Assembly: GCA_026770705.1 (NCBI GenBank)
Contig: JANJGN010000342.1
Coordinates: forward strand, 310,001 to 374,000
From: Isurus oxyrinchus
Taxonomy: Eukaryota
Direction of reading: 5' to 3'
Length of the DNA stretch: 64,000 nt
The position numbers and the translations under genes are program-made. Positions 14,704-27,664 of this stretch are shown piece by piece; position 1 is the stretch's first letter, and every line of letters starts with the position of its first letter. The notes beneath the pieces are model-generated. The model was not told the origin of the DNA and searched no databases. It worked only from the letters and a program-made list of their open reading frames with translations.

Positions 14704-15484
14704 ATAGTTAATCTTTATTTGGGGAAGGGAGGGGGATATTCTGTTAGCAAATGGATGGAGAATTCGAAAGATCATCTGCTACCATTTGTACCAAGTGATA
14801 ATATAGTTATGGGATATTTATGAGGAGGTTTAGAGTTAGAGACAATTCAGAGAAGGTTCACTCGGTTCATTACTGGGATTTTTAAAATTCATTCATGGGA
14901 TGTGCGCTTTTCTGGCTGGGCTGGACTAATTAATTATTATATATATATAATATAATAATTATTATAGGTGCAGACCCTTAATAAGAAACTAACAGTCCCG
15001 CGTTTGCAGCGAACAGACCGGCAATGTCTGGGTTTCTTCCCTGCTCGGCCGGGGGAAATGATTATGCAGAAGGGTGCATGCCCGGTGATTTGGTCCAGGA
15101 GATAGGAGGAGAGAAGTTTGTGCATTTCTTTCCTGGACTGACAGGGATGGATTTTGGAAACTCCTTTTACAGGGGGTTAGAAGGGGAGGATTTACACATA
15201 GCATACTCAAACCAAGAGAAATGTTTGTCTCTTCTCAATTTCCGTCGTGGGCTGACAGTGATGTATTTTTTATATAATCTGATTTTTACAGGATATTAAG
15301 TGAGAAGGATTTGCAGATAGGAAACTCAAACCAAGATCTGACAGAGTTACTTAATTCATCGGAACTTGGAGATTGTTGGCCTGTAAGTGTAAGCATTGAG
15401 TTCCTGGACATTACCACTCGCTGTGTAAAATTTATTCCTCACATCCCCATTGCAGATCTTGCCCCAAATCTTAAATCTGTGTTC

Positions 15485-16352
15485 TGTAATCCTTTTACAA
15501 TCAGATAATATGAATTTCATTTTTTAAACCAATCATAAGCATGTACATCTGTATCAAATCTCCCATCATTCTACTTTGCTCCAAGGAGAACAACTCCTGT
15601 TTCTCCAAACTAACTTTACAGCTAAAATCCCTCATCCCTTGAACCATTCTGGTAAATCTCCTCTGCAGCCTCTCATGGACCCTCAAATCCTTCATAATGT
15701 GTATTGATCACTGGTTTGCACAGACCTAGATGTTCTGTGTCCGTGTGTGACATCATTACACATCGACAATTACAGGGTGACATCATCACATATCGACAAT
15801 TACACGGTGACATCACCCCGCTCCCCAGGTATTTCCTGAACTGGGAGATTTTTCTCTGACTCCAGTGCTTCTGATATCTTTCCAGCTGCAGGCTCCGGCA
15901 GGAGAGTTTAAAGTTGAAAACAGAAGTTGTTTCAGGGCTGAGTAGTTCTGACCATTCACCTACAATTTGGACCTTTTATTGCTATGCTCTGTTATCTGTG
16001 AGAGGTTCCATGGCTATGCAGCAGGTGTGACTCCTTTACTGGAGATCTCAATCCATGTCCATCTATTTCTCTGTTTCACCTCTGCCCTCCCTGAACAACA
16101 CTCTGCCATTTTCTAACTCCTTCTGTCTCTAACAATCGGAGTTTAGCTCTGTTTAGGATTTCTCTTCCTTCTGTATGTAATCCTTTTACGATCAGATAAT
16201 GTGAACATTGTTTTTTTTAAACTAACCATAAACATGTACACCTCTATCAAATCTCCCATCAATATACTATGCTCCAAGGAGAACAACTCCTGTTTCTCCA
16301 AACTAACCTTACAACTAAAATCCCTCATCCCTTGAACGATTCTGGTAAATCT
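15485..16352. repeat. Local ~180-bp direct duplication containing a CR1 3' fragment (15485-15665 and 16176-16352)
   Basis: Both copies read tgtaatccttttac.atcagataat... and translate on the minus strand to MRDFSCKVSLEKQELFSLE. Confidence 0.8.
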
Positions 16353-16509
16353 CCGACTGTCTAAATGAGGTATCCACCGCTGCCCAACCCCCGACTGTGT
16401 GCTGCTGGCTTACCAGCTTTATCTTCCCACAGTATCTTCATAATCAAGAATTGTTTTTCCTGTGCTATATTCCATTTCTCTTTCACTTCTTAGCTTAGAT
16501 TGACCATCA

Positions 16510-17100
16510 TATACTGCCTGCCCTAAAACGTTAATTAATTAGTTCTATTGTGTAATAGAACATTGCAACGTGTTTCACAGGAGTGTTAGAAAGCAACATT
16601 TCACACTGAGCCACATGAAGAGATATCAGGGCAAGTGCACAAAAGTTTACTAAAAGAATTAGGTTTTATGGGATATCTTAAAGGAGGAAAGAGAGGTGGA
16701 GATGTTTAGGGGGAAATTCCAGAGCTTGTGGCCTTGGCAGCTGAAGGGGGCAATACCAAAGGTGGAGCAGTTAAAATCAGCAATGCTGGGGAGGCCGAAG
16801 TTAGAGAACCATAGATATCTCGGAGGGTTGTGAGGCTGGAGGAGATTATAGAGGTAGGGAGGAAGAGACATGGAGGGATTTGAAAACAAGGATGAGAAAT
16901 TTAAAATTGAGGTTCTCCTTAACTCAGAACCATTGTAAGTTGGTCAGTACCAGGGTGAGGGGTGAACAAGACTTGTTGCGAGTAAGCAGAGTTTTGGATT
17001 CCAAGGAGGCTGAATGTGGGAGGCCGACCGGGATGAGTTAGGATAGTTAAGTCTAGAGGTAACGAATGAATTGCAGACTGAGTAACTGCATAAACGGATA
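16510..17100 (-). mobile_element. L2-type LINE 3' fragment
   Basis: Homologous to the L2 pieces at 8320-8840 and 25600-26245. Confidence 0.7.
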
Positions 17101-17850
17101 TGAGGATAATGTGAGGAAAAGACATATATCATATTGAATGGTGGAGCAGGTTCGATGGGCTAAATGACCTACTCCTGCTCCTCTGTTCCCACAAACAGAC
17201 TGGTTCAGCCCCAGACAGTTGTCAGGCAGAGCGGTGGAGTGGGTCCCTTGGTAGTGGAGTTTGTATCAGAGACTTAAGACAATGGCTTCAGTCTTTCCAA
17301 TATTTAAATAGAGGAAATTTCCGATCATCCAGCACTGGGTGTCAGACAAGTCAGGACGGTGTGTTACTTGGGAGGGGAACATGGAGGTGATGGTGTTCAC
17401 ACACACCTGCTACCCTGGTCCTTCCAGGTGGTGGAGGTTGAGGGTTTGGGAGATTCTGTCAAAGTTCTTGTTGTGTTGTACAAATCACTTCACCCCCTGC
17501 CTCTCCCTCCCTCTTTTGCCTTGTAGGCGAGAGTTTTGTGTTGGTCCAGACCAGGTGGCAGACTCCCTTCCCTGAAGGACATTAGTGAACCAGTTGGGTT
17601 TTTATGACAATCCAGCAGTTTTCATGGTCACTTTTTCCTAGTGCCGGCCCCACAAATTCCCAGATTCATTCAGCTCAATTTCACAACCTGCCTTTGTGTG
17701 GGGTCTCTCTCACTCCCTTTCTTTGTTTTAAATCAATTTCTCAGGTAATTAGAAGGGGAAGATTTGCAGGCAGGAAACTGAAACCAAACATCACATCAAG
17801 ATCTGACAGAGTTGCCCATTTATCGTAATCCGAATATCATTGGATTTTGA

Positions 17851-18035
17851 ACATGGACGGACAAAGCCCCGTTAACAGTGGGGAGACACTGTGGAAATGT
17901 GGGGATTGTGGGAATGGATTTAGATATTCATCTGAGCTGGAAACTCATTGATGCACTCACACTGCTCCAAGTGTGGGAAGAGATTCACTGAGTGATCCAA
18001 CCTGCTCAGGCACCAGCGGGTTCACAAGTAACTAC
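17851..18035 (+). pseudogene. Internally deleted C2H2 zinc-finger gene remnant
   Basis: atggacggacaaagccccgttaacagtggg...tggaaatgtggggattgtggg...caccagcgggttcacaagtaa. Upstream 17340-17880 is an inverted paralog of 12960-13410. Confidence 0.8.
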
Positions 18036-18064
18036 ACTGATTGGATTTTGTTGTGAAGTGTTTT

Positions 18065-20860
18065 AACATACCAACAAGGAGCAGGAGTAGGCCATTCCAT
18101 CCCTCGGGTCTGTTTTGCCATTTAGTAAGATCATGGCTGAACTGACAGTAACCTGAAATCTGCATCTCACCTACTGTCGATAACCTATCACCCCATTGCT
18201 TACCAAGAATCTATCCACCTCTACCTTAAAAATATTCAAAGACTCTGCTTCCATTACCTTTTCAGGAGGAATTACAAAGACTCACTACCCTCAGTGAAAA
18301 AAATTTCACCTCATCTCTGTTTTAAATGGGCGACTCCTTGTTTTTAAAGAGTGAACCCTCATTCTCGATTCTCTCTCAAGAGGAAACATCCACTCCACAT
18401 CCACCCTGCCAAGATCCCCTCAGGATCTAATATGTTTCAGTCAAGTCGCCTCTTACTCTTCTAAACTCCAGCGGATACAAACCTAGTCTTTCCAACCTTT
18501 CCTCACAAGACAACCCATCCATTCCTGGTATTAGTCTGGTAAAACTTCTCTGAACTGGTTCCAAAGCATTTACATCCTTCTTTAAACAGGGTGACCAATA
18601 CTGTACACGATACTCCAAATGTGGTCTCATTAGGGCCATGTACAACTGAAGCAGAACCTCCCTACTTTTGTATTCAATTCTCCTCGCAATAAATGATAAT
18701 TTTCTATTAGCTTTCCTAATTACTGGCTGTACTTGCATATTAGCCTTTTGTGATTCACACACTCGGGACATCCAGATCCCTCTGCACCTCAGAGCTCTGC
18801 AATCTCTCACTATTTAGATAAAATGCTTCTCTTTTATTCTTCCTGCCAAAGTGGACAATTTCCATTTTCACACATTAAACTCCATCTGCCAGATCTTTGC
18901 TCACTCACTTATCCTATCTGTTTGTAGCCTCCTTATGTTCTCTTCACAACTTACTTTCCTACCTATTTTTGTGTCATCAGAAAATTCAGCATCCATCCCT
19001 TCATCCAAATCATTTATATGAATTGTAAACAGCTGAGATCCCAGCACTGATCCCTGTGGCACACCACTCATTACATCTTGCCAACCTGAGAAAGATCCAT
19101 TTATGCCTACTCTCTGCTTCCTGTTAGCCAGCCAATCTTCTATCCATGCCAATATGTTACCCTCTATACCATGAGCTTTTCCACACTAACCTTTTATGTG
19201 GCACCTTATCAACTACCTTCTGGAAATCTAAGTACAACACATCCATTGGTTCCCCTTTACCACAGCACATGTCACTGCCACAAAGAACACCAATTTAACC
19301 AATTTGGTTACACACAATTTCCCTTTCACAAAACCATGTTGACTCTGCCTGGTGACCTTAAGCTTATCCAAGTGCCCTGTTATAACCTCTTTAAGAACAG
19401 CTTCTAACATTTTCCCTATGACAGATGTTAAGTTAACTGGCCTACAGTTTCCTGCTTTCTGTTTCCTTCCCTTTTTGAATAAAGGAGTTACATTTGCTTT
19501 CTTCCAATCTAATGGGACCTTCGCCAAATCTAGGGAGTTTTAGAAAATTAAAGCCAATGCATCAACTATTTGACAGGACACTTCTTTTAAGACCCGAGGA
19601 TGAAGTCCATCAAGACCTGGGCTCTTGTCAGCCCACAGCTCCAAAATTCACTCAGTACAACTTCTCTGGTGACTGTAATTTTCCTGACTTCCTTTACCAC
19701 TTCCATTACCTGCTTTATAGCTGCTTCTGGGATGTTACTTGTATCCTTTGTAACGAAAACCGAGGCAAAATTTGCTCTCTCCTTGTTTTCCATGATCAAT
19801 TCTCCAGATTCACTTTCTATAGAGCAAACGCTCACATTGTTAACTCTTTTCTTTTTTAAATATTCATAAAAACTCTTCCAATCTGCTTTTATATTTCTGG
19901 CTAGCTTTCTCTCACTCAATCCCCACTCCCATCTTATTAGTCTTTTAGCTATTCCTTGCTGTCCCTTAGATTCTGTCAAATCTTCTGGCCTTCCACCTTC
20001 CTTTTCACAATTATCTGCTTTTTGTTTAAATTTGATATTATCTTTAACCTTTCTAGTTAACCACGGATGGTGTGTCCATCCCTTGGGCTTTTTCTTACTC
20101 GTTGGATTGTATCTATTCTGTGCATTCTGAAATGCCCCTCAAATATTAGCCACTGCATCTCTATTCACCTATCCCTTAACCTAATTTGCCAATTCATTTT
20201 CACCAGCTCAGCTTTCATGCTCTCATAATTGCCCTTATTTAAATTTAAAAACTTAGTCTCAAACCCACTCCTCTCCCCCTCAAACTGAATGTAAAATTCA
20301 GTCACATTATGGTCGCTGCTACCAAGGGGCACCTTCACTACGAGATCAATAATTACTCCGATCTCATTGCGCAATAACAGCTCCAGTATATCCTGCTCTC
20401 AGGTTGGCTCGAGAACACGCTCTTCCAAGAAACTATCCCGAAAGCATTCAATGTACTCCTCATCTTGGCTATCTTTGTCAATTTGACTTTTCCAGTCTAT
20501 ACGTAAATTAAAATCTCCCATGATTATCACCATGCCTTTCTGTTAAGCTCCATTTATTTCTTCCTTTATGCTCAATCCTACCATGTGGTTACTGTTAAGG
20601 GGCCTGTACACAACTCCCACAAGTGACTCCTTGTCTTTACCACTTCTCATCTCTACCCAAACTGTTTCCACATCCTGGTTTCCTGAACATTGGTCTTCCC
20701 TCTGTATTGTGCTAATACCATCATTAACTAACAGAGCCACCCCTCCAAGTTTTCCTCACTTCCTGTACTTCCTAAATATCCTGTGCCCATCAATATTCAG
20801 GTCCCAATCCATGTGTCCTGCAGCCATGTCTCCGTAATGGCTATCAAATTATAATTATTT
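18065..20860 (-). mobile_element. CR1 LINE ORF2 (endonuclease + RT) with 3' end, degraded
   Basis: Peptides LVGVVYRP, LGSSDHN, DWKKANVTPLFKKG, SGVPQGSVLG, FSDDTK, RPHLEYRVQYWSP, RRVRGDL. Confidence 0.92.
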
Positions 20861-20899
20861 ATTTCTTATTATCTATCTCTTACACACATTAGTTCCACT

Positions 20900-21960
20900 C
20901 GAAAGGCTCTCTCTCTCCCCTGTCTCCTCCTTCCTCACCTCCAACAACAAGTGTGAGGAGCTCATGAAGCTTCTTTGTCACTAAGATTGAGATAATCCAG
21001 TCAGCTGCCTCTGCTGCTTCCCTCCTATCCACTAACCCACCTATCCACAAACTACCTCTAAAAATCCCCCATGTCTGAGCCCTGAACTCATATCTTTCTT
21101 CAGTTTCTCTCCTATCTCCCCTCAGACCCTCTCAGTGCTTATCTTGCTCATGAGACCCATCTTTTGCTGTATTGACTCTATTCTCAATGAACTTCTGGTC
21201 ACCCAACTTCCCCATGTTGGCTGATAATTGTTAACGGTTCTCTCTCCTGGTACTGTTCCTCTCACCTTCAATTCCACTGTCAACACCCATCCTAAAAAAA
21301 TGATCTATCTTTGACCCCTCCTATTTCTCAGCTACATGCTGCCACTAGGCGGCATCATCCAAAAGCACCATGTTAGTTTTCACACGATGCACAGTGGCAG
21401 CAGTGTGCACCATCTACAAGATGCACTGCAGGAATTCACCAAGGCTCCTTCGACCGCATCTTCCAAACCCACGACCACTACCATCTAGAAGGACAAGGGT
21501 AGCAGATAGATAGGAACACAACCACCTGGAAGTTCACCTGCAAGTCACTCACCATCCTGACTTGGAAATATATCACCATTTCTTCATTGCTGCTGGGTCA
21601 AAATCCTGGAACTCCCTCCCTAACAGCACTGTGGGTGTACCCACATCACATGGACTGCAGTGGTTCAAGAAGGCAGATCACCACCACCTTCTCAAGGGCA
21701 ATTAGGGATAGGCAAAAAATGCAGCCCAGCCAACGAAGCCTACATCCGACGAATGAATCAAAAAAATCATGTACACTGACAATGCCCAGCTCTACCTCGC
21801 CACCATGCCTCTATTCCTCCACTGTTGCTAAATTTTCAAACTGCTTATCCCACACCAGTACTGGATGAGCAGAAATTTCCTCCATTTAAAAATTGGGAAG
21901 ACCAAAATCATTGCCTTCAGTCACCACTACAAATTCCGTTCTCTAACTACCGAGTCCATC
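20900..21960 (+). mobile_element. L2 fragments with a nested LINE 3' end (21385-21760)
   Basis: L2-like sequence on both sides. The insert reads GSKSWNSLPNST...FKK and also occurs at 13265-13385, 17340-17460, 35805-36130 and 39360-39780. Confidence 0.7.
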
Positions 21961-21969
21961 CCTATCAGG

Positions 21970-23194
21970 TAACATTGGGATACATTTTCCTTTGTCTGTC
22001 AAGCCAGAAATATCCTTATTGACTTCTTACAACAGGATTTCTGACTAACCTCACTATTTCTAAGCTACGAGCCTGTTTTCCTAATTTCTTGATGAGAAAC
22101 CATAGATAACGTATTAAAGCTACTGGAACTATCAGAATCACAGACCCTTGAGCTGCCACCAAGAATAAACGTCAAAACCTTTCCACTAAAATGTGGTAAC
22201 TATCAACTTAGATTCATCCTCCCCACCTGCTGATCATCTCACACAATCTAAATTATTAGCATGTGGTAAATACATCTGGTTCAAACAGAAGTTTATGCAG
22301 GGACTTTAAAGATTCTCCAGCTCTCTGCTCACCTGCATCCACCTTGTGGATATTTTCTAACTGATTCTGGATCTTCTTCAACTTAATTTGTCATTTCTGA
22401 CCCTCTTTAGAAATCCTATTGTGAATATAATCGTAATCCTGGTCACACTCTTCTCCAATCCCCAGGATCTCTCTCACACCCAGCCCGCATGCTTTCTCTG
22501 TCAGACTATCTATCAGTCGCTCCCTGTAATGTCTCAATGCCATTGTATACTCCTGGCTTCACTTAGGAACTTCTCCATTCATGTTTAACCATGACTGTTG
22601 TGTCTCAAGTTTATGATCTCGATCACTGTGATCCCGCTCCTAACACCACTTGTAAGATTTAGGTTCAGGAGTCACAGATTACTCAAAAAGAGGATAGAGC
22701 TCAGAAGAGATTTTAAAATAGTTTATTGAGAAGCAGCAGTTTAAATATGATGTGTAAGCTAACTAGATACGAAAAACACACGACCTGTGACAGGTGAGAA
22801 CGGTTTACCGGTACCAGAGGACAAACGGATGGATGATACAGAGTGAGTGCTGGTCTCTGTAGCTGGTGGTGACAGTCTCCTCTGAACAGTTTACTGGTGT
22901 GAGCCAGAGTGTGGGTGTTGGGCTGAAGCCAGTGTGGATCACGTCAATATCTCTGTGCTCTCGAGAGCCTGTTTTAACCTTGACACAGGCAGTTGGTTTA
23001 CAGATGGGTTATGAGATCCAATTGTATCAGGGTTAGAAATGTCTTGTTTCAGGGCCTGTGCTAGAGACATGTCCTTGGCAGAGATAACAGGCCTGTCCTG
23101 TGTTTGTCATCCAGCAAGCTGCTATGGACCTTGTTTCATAAGAGATAGACTGAGCAATTCTTATAATATTCCATAAATTTCTGAAGATTTTATA
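21970..23194 (-). mobile_element. LTR retroelement remnant: LTR (22651-23194), tRNA-Leu primer-binding site (22631-22648) and short internal piece
   Basis: The minus strand reads ...atcttaca ag TGGTGTTAGGAGCGGGAT, close to the tRNA-Leu PBS TGGTGTCAG(A/G)AGTGGGAT. AATAAA on the minus strand near 22723. Degenerate inverted terminus at 23187-23194. Confidence 0.6.
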
Positions 23195-23752
23195 AGGTTA
23201 TTAGGCAGTGATTTCTTGTGGTCCGTTACTTGGATTGAACTTGTCTCCATTCCGATGCCGAGGGGATTTTTCTGTACCAGGCGAGAGTGTTACAATTTGA
23301 GAATTCTCGATTCTCCACCAATTCCCATTCCCCTTCTTTCTGATGGATAATGGAGGTGTCACTGTGAGTAATGTACAAGTCAGTAAGAATTGGCAGCAAG
23401 GATTAATCAGCACTTGCTAATTGGAGATGTTAATCAGTGGAATCTCTCATTAAAATGAATTGAAGGATTCGTACCAAAGATCAATTTGAGATTGAAGTAC
23501 AAGTTCAGAATCTTGTTGTAAACTAGTTTCTGATGCGAGTTCCTGAATTCTGGGGAAAGATCAGAGACAGCGGTTCTTAAAGGGACACTGCAGCCCCAAG
23601 AACACAATCACAACAGATCCAGAATATTAAACTCTAGCCCAGTTACATGGATTGTGAACATCAGCAGGAACAAACCCCAACTGTCAGGATGAACATGGTT
23701 CAGTCCTGGATGTGATTAACAGCAGCAATCACAGCAAAATCCAACCCGTGCA

Positions 23753-24738
23753 GTCGCTTGTGAACTCGCTGGTGGGATGACTTAGTGAATCCCTTCCCAC
23801 ACTTGGAGCAGGTGAATGGCCTCTCCCCAGTGTGAATTCGTTGGTGTGTCAGTAGGTGAGATAACTGAGTGAATTTCTTCCCACAGTTAGACCAGGTGAA
23901 TGGTCTCTCTCCACTGTGAATTAGCTGGTGCTTCAGGAGATCAGAAGAACCAGTGAATCTTTTCCCACATTCAGGGCAAGTGAACAGCCTCTCTCCAGTG
24001 TCTCAACAGGTAGGCTGACTGAGTGAATCCCTTCCCACACTCAATGCAAGTAAATGGCCTTTCCCTAGTATGAACTCGCTGGTGTACTTTGAGGTGGAAG
24101 CAATACCTGAATCTCTTTCCACAGGAAGTACAGCTGAACGGCCTCTCCTCAGTGTGAATTCGCTGGTGCTTCTGCAGCTCAGAGGACCCAGTGAATCCTT
24201 TCCCACATACAGGGCAGGTAAACGGCCTCTCCCCAGTGTGATGTCGCTGGTGTCTCAGCAGGTAGGCTGACTGAGTGAATCCTTTCCCACACTCGGAGCA
24301 GGTGAATGGTCTCTTTCCAGTCTGAACTAGCTGATGTGTCAATAGGTGAGATAATTGAGTGAATCCCTTCCCACACTCAGAGCAGGTGAACGGCCTCTCT
24401 CCAGTGTGAAGTCGCTGGTGGACGGTGAGGTTGAACGAAGACTGGAATCTCTTTCCACAGGAACTCCAACTGAACGGCCTCTCCTCAGTGTGAATTCGTT
24501 GGTGCTTCAGCATATCAGAGGATCCAGTGAATCCTTTCCCACGCTCAGTGCAGGTGAATGGCCTCTCCCCAGTGTGAACCCGCTGATGTCTCAACAGGTA
24601 GGCTGACTGAATGAATCCCTTCCCACACTCAGAGCAAGTAAATGGTCTCTGCCCAGTGTGACTGTGTTGATGAATTTCCAGTTGGGATGGGGAATTGAAT
24701 TCTTTCCCACAGTCCTCACATTTCCATGGTTTCTCCAT
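23753..24738 (-). pseudogene. Tandem C2H2 zinc-finger gene, ~8 intact fingers then frameshift
   Basis: MEKPWKCEDCGKEF... (ATG at 24738, within ORF 23971-24804). A deletion near 24000 shifts frame, and further fingers run to ~23753. Two fingers lack a Cys (CTERGK, WSSCGK). May still encode a truncated protein. Confidence 0.85.
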
Positions 24739-25599
24739 GGTGCTTGTGTCCTGTGTCTCTCCAGGTTGGATAACCAGCTGAAGCCTCATCCACACAGAGA
24801 ACATGTGCAGTTTCTCCGCACTGTGAATGCTGTGATTTGTTTTTTTCAGGCTAAAGCTCTTTCCACAGTCAATTCACTGGAACACTTTCACTCGTGTGTG
24901 TGTGTGTCTCGGTGCTTTTCCAGTCGCTGCTGTTTGAAATCTTCTCCCACAGACAGAACAGATGAACATTTCTCCTTACACATTCAAAGGCCGATGATAC
25001 TCAGGTCCTCATGAATCGAATGACTCTGTCAGATTTTGATGTGATATTTGGTTTGAGTTTCCTGTCAGTAAATCCTCCCCTTCTAAATCTCAGTAAAATG
25101 AGTTTACAAAAGTCATTACTGTAAGAACAGGATAGAAACTCAGAACAGACAATTCCAGTTCCTATGGAACATTTTTTCCTCTCTTGTTCCCCCAAAGCCT
25201 CAAATCCCTGTCCTACACACACTCTCTCCTTCCTGTGCTGAAATCTAGTGAGAGTTTTGGACATCTCTTTCAGTATCTTTTTAACAAACTTGTACAACTG
25301 GAGGTGACAATATGTTTGATCATTCACTTCAGTTATTACTCGTGACAAAACATTAATCTGAAACCCCCTGACCGACTAAACAGAATAGCAGACGTTAACC
25401 TTGTGTCCAAAACTCACAGTGTGGAGATTTCATGAATGATCATGAAGATGGTTTCTCCAAACCTCCCAAGGTTTCCTTCCTTCTTTCTCTCCCTCTCTAA
25501 GTTAAACCCGGAATCAGTCTCATAGTTCATTCCAGTTCCTGCTTCTCTTCCTGATGACTAATTAACTCCAATTAAACACTGAGAAGGCTGAAGACACTG

Positions 25600-26245
25600 T
25601 TTTCAGTCCCTGCTCCAGTCTCCATTTCCCAGATACCAACTCCACCCTTCTCCCCGGGGAACAGTCTGAGATTAAACTAGTCTGTTCACAAACTCGGTGT
25701 TACACTTGATCTCGGGATAAGCTCCTGACCTCATATCTGTGCCATCACTAAGATCACCCGTTTCCACCTCCATAACATCACCCGACCTCACCCTGTCTCA
25801 GTGCATCTGCTGCTGAAATCCTCATCCCTGCCATTGTTACCTCCAGACTCGACTATTCCAACACACTCCTGGCTGGTCTCCAACATTCTATGCTCCGTAA
25901 ACTTGGCACCATTGCTGTTGGTGTCTTCACTGGCAATGTGGCCCATTGCCCTAACACCCTCTGCTTCCTGACCTGCCTTGGCTTCCGGTCAAGCAAGAAC
26001 TTGATTTTTAAATTCTCATCCTTGTTTTCAAATTCCTCCATGGCCTCGCCCCTCCCTGTCTTTGTCATCTCCTCCAGCCTCACAACCCTCTGAGATATCT
26101 GCACTGCTCTAATTCTGGCCATGTATATTCCCGATTTTAATCGCTCCAACATTAGTGTCGGTGCCTTCAGTTCCCTCGACCCCAAGCTCTGAAAATCTTT
26201 CCCTACATCTCTCCATCTGTCTACCACAATTTTCCCCCTTTAAGA
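25600..26245 (+). mobile_element. L2-type LINE fragment
   Basis: Homologous to 13385-13970 (SRLDYSN.LLAG, FKILIL-type motifs). Confidence 0.75.
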
Positions 26246-26769
26246 CAATTGAGTATGGATTAAAAAGTAGACATTCTGTCAAAACTTTTTAATCGTGTGC
26301 ACATCAGGAAAGACACAAGAACACCAAATTTCAGTCAGTCAGCCTCGTAATGTGGCTCACTTATCCTTGCCGGAAGCTGCAATATATTCATACACAAGGA
26401 CCTGTCCTCTGCAAACAGAAGGAACATGTCCAAGCTTGGGGCCTTTGGTTGAATTAAACAAAAGCACAGGAGATGATCGCTCCTTGATGTATTCTCCATG
26501 GCAACGCCTTAACCAATCAGAGCTGACTGGCCAAACCAGTCATCACCCTTTCCTCGTGCAGCATCAATTGTTGTTCACTTTGACATTTGGCTTTCTTGCA
26601 TCTGTCCGGATGAGTGCAACATGAAAACCTTCAATAGCACGTCTCTTTTTTAAGCAATAGTAAATTCTGTACTACTGACTGACTTTGGGTTTATAATTCT
26701 ATTGTTGCTGATCTAAAGGTCCCGGTGACCGCACATTTTATGAATGTCTCCCTCAGGCCTTGTCACCTA

Positions 26770-27000
26770 ACGCAAAATGCGCACGCGCCCTGTAGCACAT
26801 TGCACCTCCCTCCCTGGGATGGTGGGCGCATGCTAATTGCTGCACTTGCCACTATGAAGATGGTGGTCGCGCATGCGCCCATCATTACATTGCCCCTATA
26901 AAGATGGCGGCTGTAATCTGGGGCCTTTCTCTCGCAGCGCCGAGGGAACGCGGGACAGATGGCTCCTTATTGAGGATTTGGGGCCGACACCGTGAGTTTA
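26770..27000 (+). promoter_or_regulatory. CpG-rich promoter / first exon with NRF1 and YY1 motifs
   Basis: gcgcatgcgc ~26868, gcgcatgc ~26826, aagatggcggc ~26901, splice donor c|gtgagt at 26991/26992. Confidence 0.7.
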
Positions 27001-27158
27001 TGAATCTTCCCAACTCACCTGCCAGCCGTCTCTCTGTTCACGGTTTTAATTTCGGCTCTGGATCTGCACTCGTTCTTTCTAAACTCCGCATTTTAAAACA
27101 AAAACAGAATTACCTGGAAAAACTCAGCAGGTCTGGCAGCATCGGCGGAGAAGAAAAG

Positions 27159-27197
27159 AGTTGACGTTTCGAGTCCTCATGACCCTTCGACAGAACT
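27159..27197 (-). ncRNA. Minimal hammerhead-ribozyme-like motif (variant core CUGUCGA)
   Basis: AGUU-CUGUCGA-A-GGGUC-AUGAG-GACUC-GAAA-CGUC-AACU: stems I and II pair, with GAAA and a GUC site. Confidence 0.6.
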
Positions 27198-27664
27198 TGA
27201 TTTCGAGTCCAAGAAAGAGTTGAAATATAAGCTGGTTTAAGGTGTGTGTGTGGGGGGGCGGAGAGATAGGGAGAGAGAGAGGTGCTTGTGTAGACAAACA
27301 AGCAGTGATAGAAGCAGATCATCAAAAGATGTCAGCGACAATGGTACAAAAGAACACATAGGTGTTAAAGTTAAAGTTGGTGATATTATCTAAACGAATG
27401 TGCTAATTAAGAATGGATGGTAGGACACTCAAGGTACAGCTCTAGTGGGGGTGGGGGAGCATAAAAGATTTTAAAATATTTAAAAATGGAAATAGGTGGG
27501 AAAAAGAAAAATCTATATAATTTATAGCGAAAAAAAAGGGAAAAAGGGGATTTCCAGCATCCGCAGTTTTCTGTGTTTTTATCTCTGTGTTTAATTGACT
27601 GCCACTGCTCTCCAAGAAATGCCTACCTCCTTGAAGAAGTTCTGTTCCTCTCTGCGCACCTTCT

